A stretch of DNA of 64,000 nucleotides from Octopus sinensis. Lineage: Eukaryota. Of this stretch, positions 12,011 through 24,636 are shown one piece after another; positions within the stretch are counted from its first letter, which is position 1; the number at the start of each line of letters is the position of its first letter. Under the pieces are notes generated by a model. The model had not been told where the DNA came from, did not search any database, and worked only from the letters and a program-made list of their open reading frames with translations. Where the stretch lies: NCBI RefSeq assembly GCF_006345805.1, contig NC_042999.1, forward strand, positions 51,894,001 through 51,958,000, written 5' to 3'. Made by a program: the position numbers and the translations under genes.

Positions 12011-13057
12011 TCAGGTGATCAAATAAGTTATGTCCGAATTTTGAATAAAGAAAACAGGTTATCAAATGACATAGTTAATTGAATTTTAATCATCATTGTA
12101 CTTTCCCTGATTATCTATGACTTCCTTCCATCTATTTACAGGCTTTTTAATCCCATCAATGTAAAGCTCTTTTGGTTTCAAAGCGAAGAACTCTGAAATT
12201 TCAGTTTCGACATCCTCCTGGCTTGCGAAAGTTGTCTCCCAAATGATTCTGTAAACTACGAAAAAAATGGTAGTCTGAAGGAGCAAGGACCCAACCAAGC
12301 TCTTCGATCTTCTGTGATGTGATCTTTGCGGTGTGGGGTCACGTATTGTCCTGATGAAACATCACTCATTTTCGATTCACTAAAGTGGGTCTTTTTTTCT
12401 TCAAAGCTTGGTTCAAATGCTCTAATTGCTGACAGTAGACTTGAGCATTGATTGTTGCATTAGGTGGTAAAAATTCCATGTGAATTACTCCTTTGCAATC
12501 CCACCAGATAGAGAGAAGAACCTTTTTTCCATGAAGTTCCCTTCTCGGTTGTGGTTTAGCTTTGCCCCTTTTACCAAACCACTGTTTACGATGTTTAACA
12601 TTTTGATAGAAGATCCATGTTTCGTAAGCAGTCACAAGACTATCCAAAAAGGGTGAAATAATTTTGCGAGAATGGAGAGAAGAGCAGATGTCAACTCGGG
12701 ATTTGCGGTTGTTTTCGGTCAATTTATGAGGCAACTATTTTTCAAGTTTAGGAACCTTTCCAACTTGCTGAAGCTGACGATGAATAGTTGTATGGTTTGA
12801 TCTAAGATTTATTGTCAATTCTTCAAATGATAATGCAAGATTTTCTTCAAGTAATCTTTGAATATTTACATGTTAGAAAAGGTTTTAATCAAAGAAATTT
12901 TAATTCTATTATTCTGTAAAATAATATTTAATTAGTTTAGATGTACACAAATGCATAAAAATAATTTTAAATTCCATTAGACATTCTAAAGTACTATTAA
13001 ATTTCATTCAATTCAAAAAAAAAAGTAAAATTGGACAGAACTTATGGGATAACCTGA
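12011..13057 (-). mobile_element. Mariner transposon with both TIRs and TA target duplication; transposase decayed
   Basis: TA|tcaggtgatcaaataagttatgtcc ... ggacagaacttatgggataacctga|TA; PHKL, VTAYETW, KKVLLSIWWD, HQDN; HPPYSPD region deleted. Confidence 0.88.
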
Positions 13058-13063
13058 TACTTC

Positions 13064-13210
13064 GAGGCGGTGAGCTTGCAGAAACATTTACACGCCGGAC
13101 GTAGTATTTCGTCTGTCTTTACGCTCTGTGTTCAAATTCCGCCGAGGTGGACTTTGCCTTTCATCCTTTCGGGGTCGATAAATTAAGTACCAGTTGCGTA
13201 GTGATGTCGA
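13064..13210 (+). mobile_element. tRNA-headed SINE family A, 5' part
   Basis: gaggcggtgagcttgcagaa head, gttcaaattcc B box, core gactttgcctttcatcctttcggggtcgataaattaagtaccag shared with other copies (resembles Nin/Deu-type cores, from recall). Confidence 0.8.
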
Positions 13211-13214
13211 ATAA

Positions 13215-13935
13215 TCTCCTGATACTTGTTTCCCTACTGTCAATTCCGTTCTCCAGTTTTTCAGGCTATTCTATATAAGGCTTCTCATATTTCTGCTACT
13301 CCATACGTTTCCATTGTCCTTATTAACGAGGAGTGTGATATCATATCGTATGTTTTCCAATAGTCAACTCGTGCTATTCTCAGGTTTGTATGTCTTCTCT
13401 TGCAGTTCCTGATAATTATATTATTAATTAAGAGCTGATCCATCGTTCCCTGGCTCCCTTTTCGGCATCCTTTCTGTGGGTAGCAGCCCACTTTTTTGCA
13501 AGTTTCTGTACAGTTCACAGGCCAAAGCACCTGATATTAGTTTCCACATAAGTAGAAGCCTTGTTATTGGTATAAAGTTGGATGCAACATTTCCGTTTCC
13601 AGGATCATTGGTACATAACAATGTCTTTCCCTTTGTCATCCAGCTGAGTACTGCGCCTTCCTGCAAGCACTCATCTAGCTGTTATGCTATACTTTAATGG
13701 ATCCCTCTCAGCCTCTTCATCCAATAACCTTGGGCCCCATCCGGTCTTGTGCTCTTCCAATTTGGGAATCTTCTTAACTGCTTTTTTAATCATAGTTTCT
13801 GTAGTTATATTTATGACTTCTTGGCCTTCACTATTTCTTAACTTATCTTGGATTTCATTCAGCCATTCTGCTTCATCATTATGCTCTACAGGTTGGTCCC
13901 AGATCCCTCTACAGAATGCCCTGCTTTCCCCTGCT
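13215..13935 (-). mobile_element. Dong/R4-clade LINE RT fragment (pre-RT to RT domain 3)
   Basis: [64 protein letters not shown]. Confidence 0.8.
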
Positions 13936-13939
13936 TTTC

Positions 13940-15490
13940 TCTAGCAAGTCCATACTTGTTGCAGAGTGTCCAATGGACAAGCCTGGCTATATTGTCGTGG
14001 CGTCTCTCTTATTCCTTCTGGGCTATTGATGTACGTTGGCTGGTAATATGCCATACGGTTCCACCATTTTGTCCACAGTTCCTACACTTATCACTTTCTA
14101 CTGTGATGTCTATTTTGTATTTTATTAGTTTGTTCTTAGTACTTGCTCTTAGGCAGCACAGATTAGAGCCTCCTATTTCGGTTTAAATCACTTTAAGTCA
14201 TCTACAGCTATCTTTTTTTCCCTTTCTGTTTTATCTTCAAAATCCTAATTAAATTGATCATGCATTCTTTTCTTTACCCACCTATTTTCAGTTATATTCG
14301 TTTTCAATTCGTTGTATAGTAATTCATCTTTGCAGTCTTTCATCCTACACAGGCCTGACCTTCTTACTTTCCATAATAGCGTTCCTGTGGCATTTTTACA
14401 TACCATGCTATGTTGTTTACTTCTGATGTGTTCGCATCCAATATGTCCTCTTCCCCCTCTTTTTCCTGGTACATACAGACTGTCTGTGTCACATTTTGGG
14501 TGGAGTGGCCCAAATCTAGTTAGCATGTTCCTTGTCTTTCTTTTTAAGCTGTTTAGTTCGTCTACTGTCCATGCGATTACCCCTGTTCCATATCTAAGGA
14601 CTGAAACCGCCCAGGTGTTGATAGCTTCGATCTTATTCCGTCCATTTAATTTCAACTTAAGGATCGGTCTCAGTCAGCGCAAGTATTCCATCTTATATTT
14701 TTCTGTCATTTCTTTCTCCATAAATTTCCAGTATCCCCAAGTACTTATAGCCCATCTCTTCTATCTGCTTCATAACCTCTCCCGACGGTATCGTTAGCCC
14801 GTCCATAATTTGATTTTACCTCTCTTTAAGACTAACACATCAAACCTTCTCAGTCCGAAGTCCATTCTGATATCAGCAATGAAAGTATACACCGTATCAA
14901 TAAGGTAATTGACGTGGGCTTCATCTTTACGATAAAGTTTGAGGTCATTCATGAATAAAAAATTGTTGACTTTTTGTTGGTGGCTTTTTAATACATACCT
15001 AGCTTTTGCTTTCCTCAGACTCAGTGTTAGTGTATCAAGCACAGTACAAAGATCAACGGGGACAGGCAGTCCCCTTGGAAGATGCCCCTCCTAATTTCTA
15101 CTGTCCCTAAACTTCTTCCGCATGCTGTCAGGTCCGTCCTTCAATTCGCCATACTTATTCCAAGCAATCGCTCAACATTCGATGCAATACGAAATAGGTT
15201 CATACTTTTCATAATCCAAGAATGTGGGATCATATCGTACGCCTTACGATAGTCGATTCGTGACATGGCTAAGTTACTTTTCCTCATCATGCAGTCTCTA
15301 AGTACAGTTTTGTCTATCAGGCTTGCAACCATTCTGCTCATGTGGCAGGACTCCATTTTTTCTAGATGTTCGTACGTTGACTTTGTGAGTATTCCAATCA
15401 CTAACTTCCACATAAGTGGCAAACAAGATATCGACCCGTAATTGTCTACCATATTGCCTTTTTCGATGTTTTTTTCAGGCACAGTACTGT
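13940..15490 (-). mobile_element. Second Dong/R4-clade LINE fragment (RT to C-terminal zinc finger)
   Basis: SCLPLMWKL, IDYRKAYDMIPHSWI, GIFQGDCLSPL, FLFMNDLKL, NKIEAINTWAV, LHPKCDTDSLYVPGKRGGRG, ALICAA*EQ, CRNCG...HI, RRHDNIARLVHW. Confidence 0.85.
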
Positions 15491-15699
15491 CCTACGGGGT
15501 GTAACACTGTCACCATCATTGGCTTCAGTTTCATTACCACCGTTATCCACAATATTTTTTTTCATCGTCACTCATATGAGGTAGCGATTATCAGGTTGCG
15601 TAATTTCCAGTGTTTTCATCGTGACACCATCACTATATGTATCATTATTAGCCTATAAGGAGACCTCACACGTTTCCTTTCATTATTATTATTATCATC

Positions 15700-15745
15700 A
15701 TCTCTTATATTACTGATATCACTGGTATTATTATTATTGTTATTA

Positions 15746-15812
<67 letters not shown>
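15700..15812. repeat. (ATT)n tract
   Basis: Directly visible. Confidence 0.95.
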
Positions 15813-16274
15813 TGAGTGAGCGAGCAGAGCATGCCATCAAAGTGACACTGGGGTAAAATCTACGAAGCCCAGTATACCCATCATGACTACCCGTCTGATA
15901 AGGGTACACCAGACACATGCATCACAACCATATTTGCGCGATATGGTGATCTCATATCAAGATAAACAGCACATGACCTTGCAGGTGGAGCCCAGTTAGA
16001 ATTTTCTTCAGATCGAGTAACCCATCCTGCTCAAATGGTCCCTGAACAAGGGTTGTTTAAGGACGTTGAACGAAACACCCATGTTTCCAGAGGTGAATTA
16101 TTCAAACCCCAAAGAATCCCTCTCAACACATGGCTATGATGCTCCCCCACTACTTCTGCTCGTGATCAGAGATGCACATATCATCAGCCACTAAGGGACA
16201 TGCTCAACTGGTTAAGGTCAAACAACTGACAAGCAAATCTGTGGTAATGAGCAGAATATTTGCTGTAGTCCATC

Positions 16275-16276
<2 letters not shown>
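15813..16276 (-). mobile_element. Non-coding ~0.55-kb retro-repeat embedded in (TAA)n; 5'-truncated copy
   Basis: Reverse complement aligns along its length to 50930-51390; (ATT)n on both sides. Confidence 0.8.
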
Positions 16277-16358
<82 letters not shown>

Positions 16359-16367
16359 TATTATTAC

Positions 16368-16403
<36 letters not shown>

Positions 16404-16472
16404 TATTATTATTATTATTATTGTTATTATTATTATTATTATTGTTATTATTATTATTATTATTATTATTGT
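16277..16472. repeat. (ATT)n tract
   Basis: Directly visible; source of poly-I/L/Y ORFs. Confidence 0.95.
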
Positions 16473-16600
16473 TATTTGGATCTTGTGCTTGAAAAATGTC
16501 AGCTCACCATACTAAAGGGAGCTGAAAAATAAAACTCGTAAAGCCGAGGTCTCAGAACGCAGATTCTCGTAAAGAGAGGTATTATTGTACGTGTGTGTGT
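16473..16600. repeat. Left arm of ~125-bp inverted repeat pair (partner 18280-18405)
   Basis: atttggatcttgtgcttgaaa.atgtcagctcaccata.taaagggagctgaaaaataaaactcgtaaagccgaggtctcagaacgcag in both arms; roughly 9 in 10 bases identical by eye. Confidence 0.9.
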
Positions 16601-17027
16601 GTGTATGTGTGTGTGTGTATTATACTCATTCTGACTTTTGTTTATTAAAGCAATTCTTTTTAAGACGCTAAACTGACTGTATTTCCACAATTCCTCCGGG
16701 GAAAACATAATAATCTTCGACTTTTACGGTGGTTTTCTTTCTTTTTCATGTCAATTCACGGAATACATTCAGATCTTTATTCCTCCGCTATTCTATAAGA
16801 GAGAGAAAAAAAATTATAAATGTTATATATGCGAGGGAAGTGGGGGGTGGTGATATTTCTGTAGATATGGGGTGGCGTGCAGAATCTGCATTAAAGGTAT
16901 TAAAGAAAAGAAATGAAACGGGTAGAAGGGAAATGGAATTTAAAAAATCGTACTTGGAAAATTTATGTGAATATTTTCTTATGTGAATACACAATGATAA
17001 AGAAATATAGATACAAATGTGTGTGAA

Positions 17028-17080
<53 letters not shown>

Positions 17081-17278
17081 GCAAGCACACATATCTATAT
17101 ATGTATATATATAATGTGTGTATGTGTGTGTATGCGTGCATATTTTTTATATATCCGTATACATATGTATATGGATATTTAACTACACACACAGCCGCGC
17201 GCACATGCATACACCCACACGTGCGCACACGCACACGCACACGTACCGCGCGCGCACACACACACGTACCGCGCGCGC

Positions 17279-17310
<32 letters not shown>

Positions 17311-17492
17311 TTGGTAATGTTTGCATTTATGTGAACTTATAAATAAACACTAAACTGAAGAATTGCGCTATACTTTTTAGTGGAGTACATGATTTTATAA
17401 TTTTACAAAAAATGTATGTATGTATATGTATATATATATGTGTATAAATATATATTTATGTATGTATGTATATGAATATATGTATGTATATG

Positions 17493-17542
<50 letters not shown>

Positions 17543-17556
17543 CGCACACACACACA

Positions 17557-17598
<42 letters not shown>

Positions 17599-18279
17599 TA
17601 GACATATGCATGGCAAGAATGTGTGAACATGCATATATATTTTGCTCTATATTATTTATACGTTTACACCTTCTTGTATACATATGAACATATCGAACAT
17701 TTCATCATCCTTCTACATCCATCTGGTGCTATAATTAACTACGTGCAGTTGCTTCTAATCGCCATAACATAAATATTAACTCCTACTCAAAAACACGTTG
17801 GAAAAACCCTAGAAAAAAATCTGTAGTAACATAAGCTCTTCAATTCTAATCTTCCCAAAAGACACGATTTAACATCTCGAAATAGAAAGTTAATAGCACC
17901 GATACCAACTTTATGTGAGCCTGATCAAAGGTATATGACCAACATTCTTTTGTTGACTTAAAAAAAAAAAGCACAAATAACAAACATATATACAAAAAAT
18001 GTCGTGGTCTAAATTTGTCACATCTTTGTACTTATTTAATCCTAACCATGAACAATAACAAAATTTCCTCATCAAACCAAAATAAATCTCTTCACCATGC
18101 GATTCTATTCCCTCACATATTGCAACACATCTAATGATCATCTACATAGCGCCACCAATAAAAACCTACAAAACTATATGATAAAATCGAAAGCATGAAA
18201 GTAAATCAGTCCCTGGAAGGGGAGCAAGCCGAAAGCTTAAAAGACAATCCTTTCCTTGTTTACCACACACACGCACACA

Positions 18280-18530
18280 CACACACGCGTACAATAATAC
18301 ACCTCTTTACGAGTACCTGCGTTCTGAGACCTCGGCTTTACGAGTTTTATTTTTCAGCTCCCTTTAATATGGTGAGCTGACATATTTCAAGCACAAGATC
18401 CAAATTTTGAACGAAGTGCAAAACTTTCTACCACCATAACAAATGCATCTGCGTGTTACCGAGAAGATTATAGAGAACGAAAAAAAAGGGCTTCTTCTAA
18501 GAAAACAACTCTAGACTTCTTTTTAAAAGG
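18280..18530 (+). mobile_element. pogo/Tigger-like transposon remnant with transposase C-terminus
   Basis: ADIFQAQDPNFERSAKLSTTITNASACYREDYRERKKRASSKKTTLDFFLK fits the Tigger C-terminal DPNxERS...CYRE...TTLDxFF pattern. Confidence 0.6.
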
Positions 18531-18599
18531 ACTTCTACAAGTCCGACTACGAGTTCTTGTGAATTGGCGATCTCCTGCGATATAGAAAACTGAAGAAAA

Positions 18600-20760
18600 C
18601 CCTCTGGCGACCGTGTACCTTTTACCGTCAAAGAAAATACAAACCTTACCAACATTGTAGCTTGAAATCCTATCCTATTCTCAAGCAACAAGAAAAAAAG
18701 ATGACCTGCTAACGCTGTACCAATGAATCATAACACATTTTCATTTACAGAGAGGAAAACAAGCCTCGCCGGTATTGTAGAGATAGATATTATCCTGTTT
18801 TCGAGTACCGAAGAAAAAATTCCCTGCAAACCCTGTCGCAATGAATCCTAACATATTTTCATTTACCGAGAAAGGAAAACAAAGAAACCAGCATTGTAGC
18901 TATAAATACTATCCTGGCTTTGAATACCGAGGGAGAAAAAACTTGCCAACGCTGCACCAATGAATAGTAACATATTCTCATATACCAAGAAAGAGAAATA
19001 ACCCTTACCAACATTGTAGTGATAAATCTGATCCTGTCCTCAAATACCGAGGGGGCAAAAACCCATCAAGAAAATGGTACAGCGTTGGTAGGTTATTTTT
19101 CTTGGTATTTTAGGACAGGGTAGGATTTATAGCTACAAGGTTGGTAAAGTGTGTTGCTGTTTTTCTCGAGAAATGAGAATATGTTTTAGGATTCAACGGT
19201 ACAGAGTTGGAAGGGTTTTTCTCGGTATTTGAGAGTAGATAGGGTCTATCGCAACAATTTTGATTAGACTTGTTTTGTTCTCGGTAAACAGAATATGTTA
19301 GAATTCATCGGTTCAGTTGTAGCATATTTTGCCTTTTCCTCGCTAAAAGTTTTTGGTAAAATGTATCATTACAAGTTTGGAAAGGTGATTTTACCTCTAT
19401 TAGGAATCTTTGCCAAAACGCTAGCAGGGTTTGTTGTTTCATCGGTTAAAAATGTAATATCTGAGGTTTCATTGATACAGTTTTGGCAGGGTTATTATTT
19501 TTTTCATATATATTTGTGAATATGGTGGGATTAGTCGACACAGAACTTCCACGGTTTGTTTATTCGGTAAATGAGAATATGTTACTAATCATAGGGACAG
19601 TGTTTGTAGGTATTTTCGTTTCGTTAGAAGAAGAGAATAGAATTGATCGGTACAGATTTGGCTGGCTGTTTTCTTTTCTCGGTAAAGGCGAATAATGTAG
19701 AAGTTATCGGAGTTTTAATTTTCCTTGGATTATATGAATAGGTTAAGAATAATCGGTAAAGGATTATGATAGCATTAATGGAAACAGTGCTGCCAGGGTT
19801 TATTGTCTCTTCTTTGGTAAATGGGAAAAAGGGTGGATTCAACAGTACCAGTTTGCATGGTTTATTTCCTTGGCATTAGAGAATATGGTAAGATTCATCA
19901 GTACCGAGTATTCAGGTGTTGTTGTTTCCCCCATTATCAGAACGATGCTTGCAGCAATAGTAGAACTGATTGGTGTAGAGTTTGTTGTTTTCTTGACAAA
20001 ACGAAATGTTCTAAGATTCATCATTACAGTTTTGGCAGGTTTTATCTCACTATTATTTAATTTGGTAGTTTTTCCGACATAGATTTGGCAACATTACTGT
20101 TTTCTGGATAGAAGTAAATATATAGTCTTTATGTGTGCTGAGTTGGTAGCTTTTGTTGATTCTTTTTCAAGAAGAGGATATTGTAGAATTCGGCTCTAAA
20201 ACATCGGTATGATTTATTTTTTCCTTGGAAGGTCTATCAGTATTGAGTTGTTAGGGTTTCTTGTCTCCTCAACAAAACAGACTATTGGAAGATTCAGTGG
20301 TACTGTGTTTCCAGGATTTATTGGTTTAAGAGTTTACGGTAAGATCCATTAGCATAGAGTTAGTACATTTTGTTGTTTTCTTGGTAAAAGAGTATATTTG
20401 GATTCATCATTAGAGATTTGGAAGTGTTTGTTTTGTCTTGGTTTATGAAAATATTTGTCTTCATCAGTATAAATTAGTTTATCTTTGGGTAAAAGAGTTT
20501 TGTTTTATTTCTGGTAAAAGAGTTTTGTTTTATTTCTGGTAAAAGAGTTTTGTTTTATTTCTGGTCAAAGAGTTTTGTTTTATTTCTGGTAAAAGAGAAT
20601 ATGTTTGGATTCATCGATAGAAAGTTGACAAAATTTGTGTTGCCTTTGGTTTAATCAAGTATGATCAAATTCTTCGGTACACATCTGGCAGTGATCGCTG
20701 TTTCCTTGGTGAAGTTGAAGGATTGTAGGATTCACTGGTACGGCGTTGGTTGATATTGTT
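18600..20760. repeat. Degenerate ~57-60-bp minisatellite array that reverses orientation near 19070
   Basis: Recurrent ccaac.ctgtaccaatgaatcctaacatatt.tcatttaccga on + (18600-19060) and its reverse complement from ~19075 to ~20760. Confidence 0.8.
20488..20597. repeat. 25-bp tandem repeat, 4.4 copies
   Basis: ggtaaaagagttttgttttatttct at 20488, 20513, 20538, 20563 (one substitution) plus a partial copy at 20588. Confidence 0.95.
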
Positions 20761-20785
20761 ATTTTTCTAATATTTCATATGATGT

Positions 20786-21100
20786 GAAGGCACGTGCCTC
20801 AGTGGTTAGGGTATTTTGGCTCCTGATCATAGGATCATGAGTTCGGTTCCCGGCGAAGCGTTGTGTGTTTGAGCAAGGCACTTTCATTCACGTGGCTTCG
20901 GTCAACTCAGCTGGTAAAAATGAGTATTTCAAAGGACCAGCCTTGTCACGTTCCGTGTCACGCTGAATCTTCGTAAGAACCACGTTAAGGGTACGTGTGT
21001 CTGTGGAATACTGAGCCACTTGCACGTTAATCTCACGAGCAAGCTATTCCGTTGATCGTATCGGCTGGAACGCTAGTCGCCGTAATGAACAGAGTGCCAA
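20786..21100 (+). mobile_element. tRNA-headed SINE family C
   Basis: A-box-like gcctcagtgg, B-box-like gagttcggttcc; 3' half (gccttgtcac...gtcacgctgaatct...gttaagggtac...) shared with 23234-23458. Confidence 0.75.
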
Positions 21101-21623
21101 TTATTTCATGCGTATGTGGTTATATTTGTATGTATGCATGTATGTATGTATGTATGTATGTATGTATGTATGTATGTATGTATGTATGTATGTATGTATG
21201 TATGTTTGTATGTATGTATGTATGCATGTATGTATGTATGTATGCATGTATGTATTTATGCATGTATGTATGTATGTGTGAGTGTGTGTATTGTTAGGTT
21301 TATTCAGTCATATTTCCAAATATATCCATATGCATACAGACGATGCATTATACTTGTGCATTCATTCAAAATACAGGTAATGACATGAAGTTACGTGAAT
21401 GCATCTATCTGCTACGATATAATAGACAGAAAAATAACCACGCGGAGACCAGCAACCAGAATTCCTCGATAAATATTTTTTGCTACACTGTCCTTCAATT
21501 CTTGCCTTCCCAAGTCACACAGTTTACAATTTCTGAACAGCATTTAAATAACATCAAAAACAATTCAACTCTAGACTGACATATTTTTAGCGAATTTTTT
21601 TTCTTTTTCTTTTCTTTTTTTTT

Positions 21624-22015
21624 CCTTGTTTCAGTCATTTTGACTGCGGCCATGCTGGAGCACCGCCTTTTAGTCGAGCAACTCGACCCCGGGACTTATT
21701 CTTTTGTAAGCCCAGTACTTATTCTATCGGTCTCTTTTGCCGAACCGCTAAGTAACGGGGACATAAACACACCAGCATCGGTTGTCAAACAATGCTAGGG
21801 GGACAAACACAGACACACAAACATACACACACACATATATATATACATATATACGACGGGCTTCTTTCAGTTTCCGTCTACCAAATCCACTCACAAGGCT
21901 TTGGTCGGCCCTAGGCTATAGTAAAAGACACTTGCTCAAGGTGCCACGCAGTGGGACTGAACCCGGAACCATGTAGTTGGTAAGCAAGCTACTTACCACA
22001 CAGCCACTCCTGCGC
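21624..22015 (-). mobile_element. tRNA-headed SINE family B (CORE-like, octopus OR-type), full length
   Basis: RC: gcgcaggagtggctgtgtgg (A), ggttcagtccc (B), ggcaccttgagcaagtgtc core, internal (TA/TG)n, tail gctccagcatggccgcagtcaaaatgactgaaacaag; matches 37436, 60666. Confidence 0.85.
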
Positions 22016-22399
22016 ATTTCATCTACATACATTCTTTTGTGAACCCTGAAACAACAAAAAATAACATTCTATACAATGAATATCGTGATCTGAATCTGAC
22101 ACACATGTGTACACGGTTGCTTTCATGCGTGAGTGAATTCCAAAGCAATAACACAATTACTACCTCAAACCAAATAAAATCTTCCAACAATAACTTTCTA
22201 TCAACCAACATCCTACAAACATACTCGTTTTCTCAAATCTAAGCCTAATTATCCTTTCACATAGTTCTCCCTGCTCCACACAACAACTTGCCGAAGACTA
22301 CGTAAAGCCAAAATAAACCTAGGCGTAGTACAGTATGAAAAGGGTGTAGTAAGCCAAACGTTTGAACTCATTGTCATACAAAAGTTGAATAAACATGTA

Positions 22400-23190
22400 C
22401 TCTACTAAAACGTCTTGAGCAATCTTTCAGTTTATTGTTAAATTGCGTTGATATACATGTCGATGGAAAAACAAACGCTTATACACCCAGACATCTTAAC
22501 GTCTGCGCAATCGGTGAATTCTTGTTCTTTAAATGAATCCATCTTTAAAAAAGTGTTTTATGGTCGGACAGCTATGCATTTTCTTCAATTAAGTATTTTA
22601 CCTATATTTCATCAGACTCACATTTCAGCAATGGTTTATTTTCTCTCAAAATGTGTATTTGCTATTCAGCCAGTCATGTTTTTATTTGTCTGTAACGTCT
22701 CATAATTCTATTTCTTTCTAATAGTCAACCACGTTTATCTGTAATATTACATTATTTTTTTCGACTGTGACATCCTATAATTTTATCTCTAATTTGCCAT
22801 AATGCTGTTTGTCATATCCTCAAATATTTCTGTTTCTTTCGAACGTTTGCCGGTAATACTCGACTCGTTCTCTCTATTAGATTATGCTTAAGTCCTTCAT
22901 TTACTCCTCTTCTCTTATCATTTTTGCCACTCCTGCCACACTTTTCCCACACTTCTCTTTCTCCTGTTATCTTCTCTAACTCTATAATTCTTTTGTTGCT
23001 TCATCTGCCATTTAAGTTATTTCTCAGACCATAACGTAGTGAAGTTGACAATACACGGCTTTGGTAAACAACAGATATACACTCAACGTAGAACACACGA
23101 ACACTGCTTGCAATACCACCAGCCAATGATCCGAAGCGAACCAGACCCTACGAATTTTAACCGCGCACATAGTCCAGTGAATGAATTTGC
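22400..23190 (-). mobile_element. Very old L1-like ORF2 remnant
   Basis: RRVWFASDHWLVV (APE SDH motif) in ORF 23024..23257 and QQHYGKL echoing QQHFARL of the main LINE; otherwise heavily decayed. Confidence 0.3.
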
Positions 23191-23233
23191 CGTTGGACAA
23201 CATCGGCCTGCCTCTGCAGGTATCGATTTGCCT

Positions 23234-23627
<394 letters not shown>

Positions 23628-23678
23628 GCTCATACATGCGGATATGCATACATACATACATACATACTTACATACATT

Positions 23679-23740
<62 letters not shown>

Positions 23741-23743
<3 letters not shown>

Positions 23744-24474
23744 CCTTAGCATTTGATTTTTCGATGTCCTTACCCCCAAACTTTTGTGAGTTGAATTAAG
23801 CAAACACTATATATGAGAGAGATTTTCTTTAAGTATTAGAAATAGCTTTAAAAAAGTTTTTTAGCTGCTATTTCTAATGAGTTCAGTATGCGGCAAAGTA
23901 ATTTATTTTACTAAGCCCTTTTATATAATGTAATAATTTGAATTCGCCTTGAATGGTCCCTTTGCATACTGAACACTTGGTGAAATTGATTAATAATTAA
24001 TTAATTAATTAATTTTGCCCTCAATTGTTGAAATTATAATTAATCTCCCTCTGATTAATGCTTCGGATTTTACCGAAATAAGCATAGTGTTTGATGTTTT
24101 TAACCCACGCTGGTGGAAAGGGGAGAACAGAGATTCTTCGCTTGCTTATTTGAATTTGTTGGCACTGTTAGTTACGAGCAGATCTTCGAAAGGGTATGTT
24201 CTTATTTTCAGTGTTTCCAAATCCAAACCAAGGAATTTCTGAGCTGATGATAGAAGTGTTGTTTTTGACTAATCTTGAAACGTACGTTCTCAAATAACCT
24301 TAGCATTTGATTTTTCGATGTCCTTACCCCCAAACTTTTGTGAGTTGAATTAAGCAAACACTATATATGAGAGAGATTTTCTTTAAGTATTAGAAATAGC
24401 TTTAAAAAAGTTTTTTAGCTGCTATTTCTAATGAGTTCAGTATGCGGCAAGTAATTTATTTTACTAAGCCCTTT

Positions 24475-24482
<8 letters not shown>
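23741..24482 (+). mobile_element. Retrozyme-like / non-autonomous Penelope-like unit: 554-bp monomer + 188-bp terminal direct repeat, (TA)n on both sides
   Basis: 23741-23929 equals 24295-24482 except one A indel; hammerhead motif at the repeat junction; 12-bp perfect hairpin attagaaatagc/gctatttctaat (23835-23878) in each repeat. Confidence 0.65.
24240..24292 (+). ncRNA. Minimal type I hammerhead ribozyme candidate
   Basis: Stem I UGAG/CUCA, CUGAUGA 24244-24250, GAAA 24277-24280, palindromic stem III ACGUACGU, predicted cleavage after GUU (24288). Stem II is imperfect (U.U closing pair, bulge). Confidence 0.6.
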
Positions 24483-24510
<28 letters not shown>

Positions 24511-24636
24511 TAGAAAAAACACCTTTTATCAATTCAATAATGAAAAATTAAATTATACCATTTAGAAAGATTACATATTATAGAAAGATTGCCTCATATT
24601 ATTATTATTATTGTAATTATTATTATTATTATTATT

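Noticed and set aside
19295-20082. Hydrophobic ORFs resembling membrane proteins
   Set aside because: They lie in the T/G-rich strand of the minisatellite, overlap in several frames and show no domain motif.
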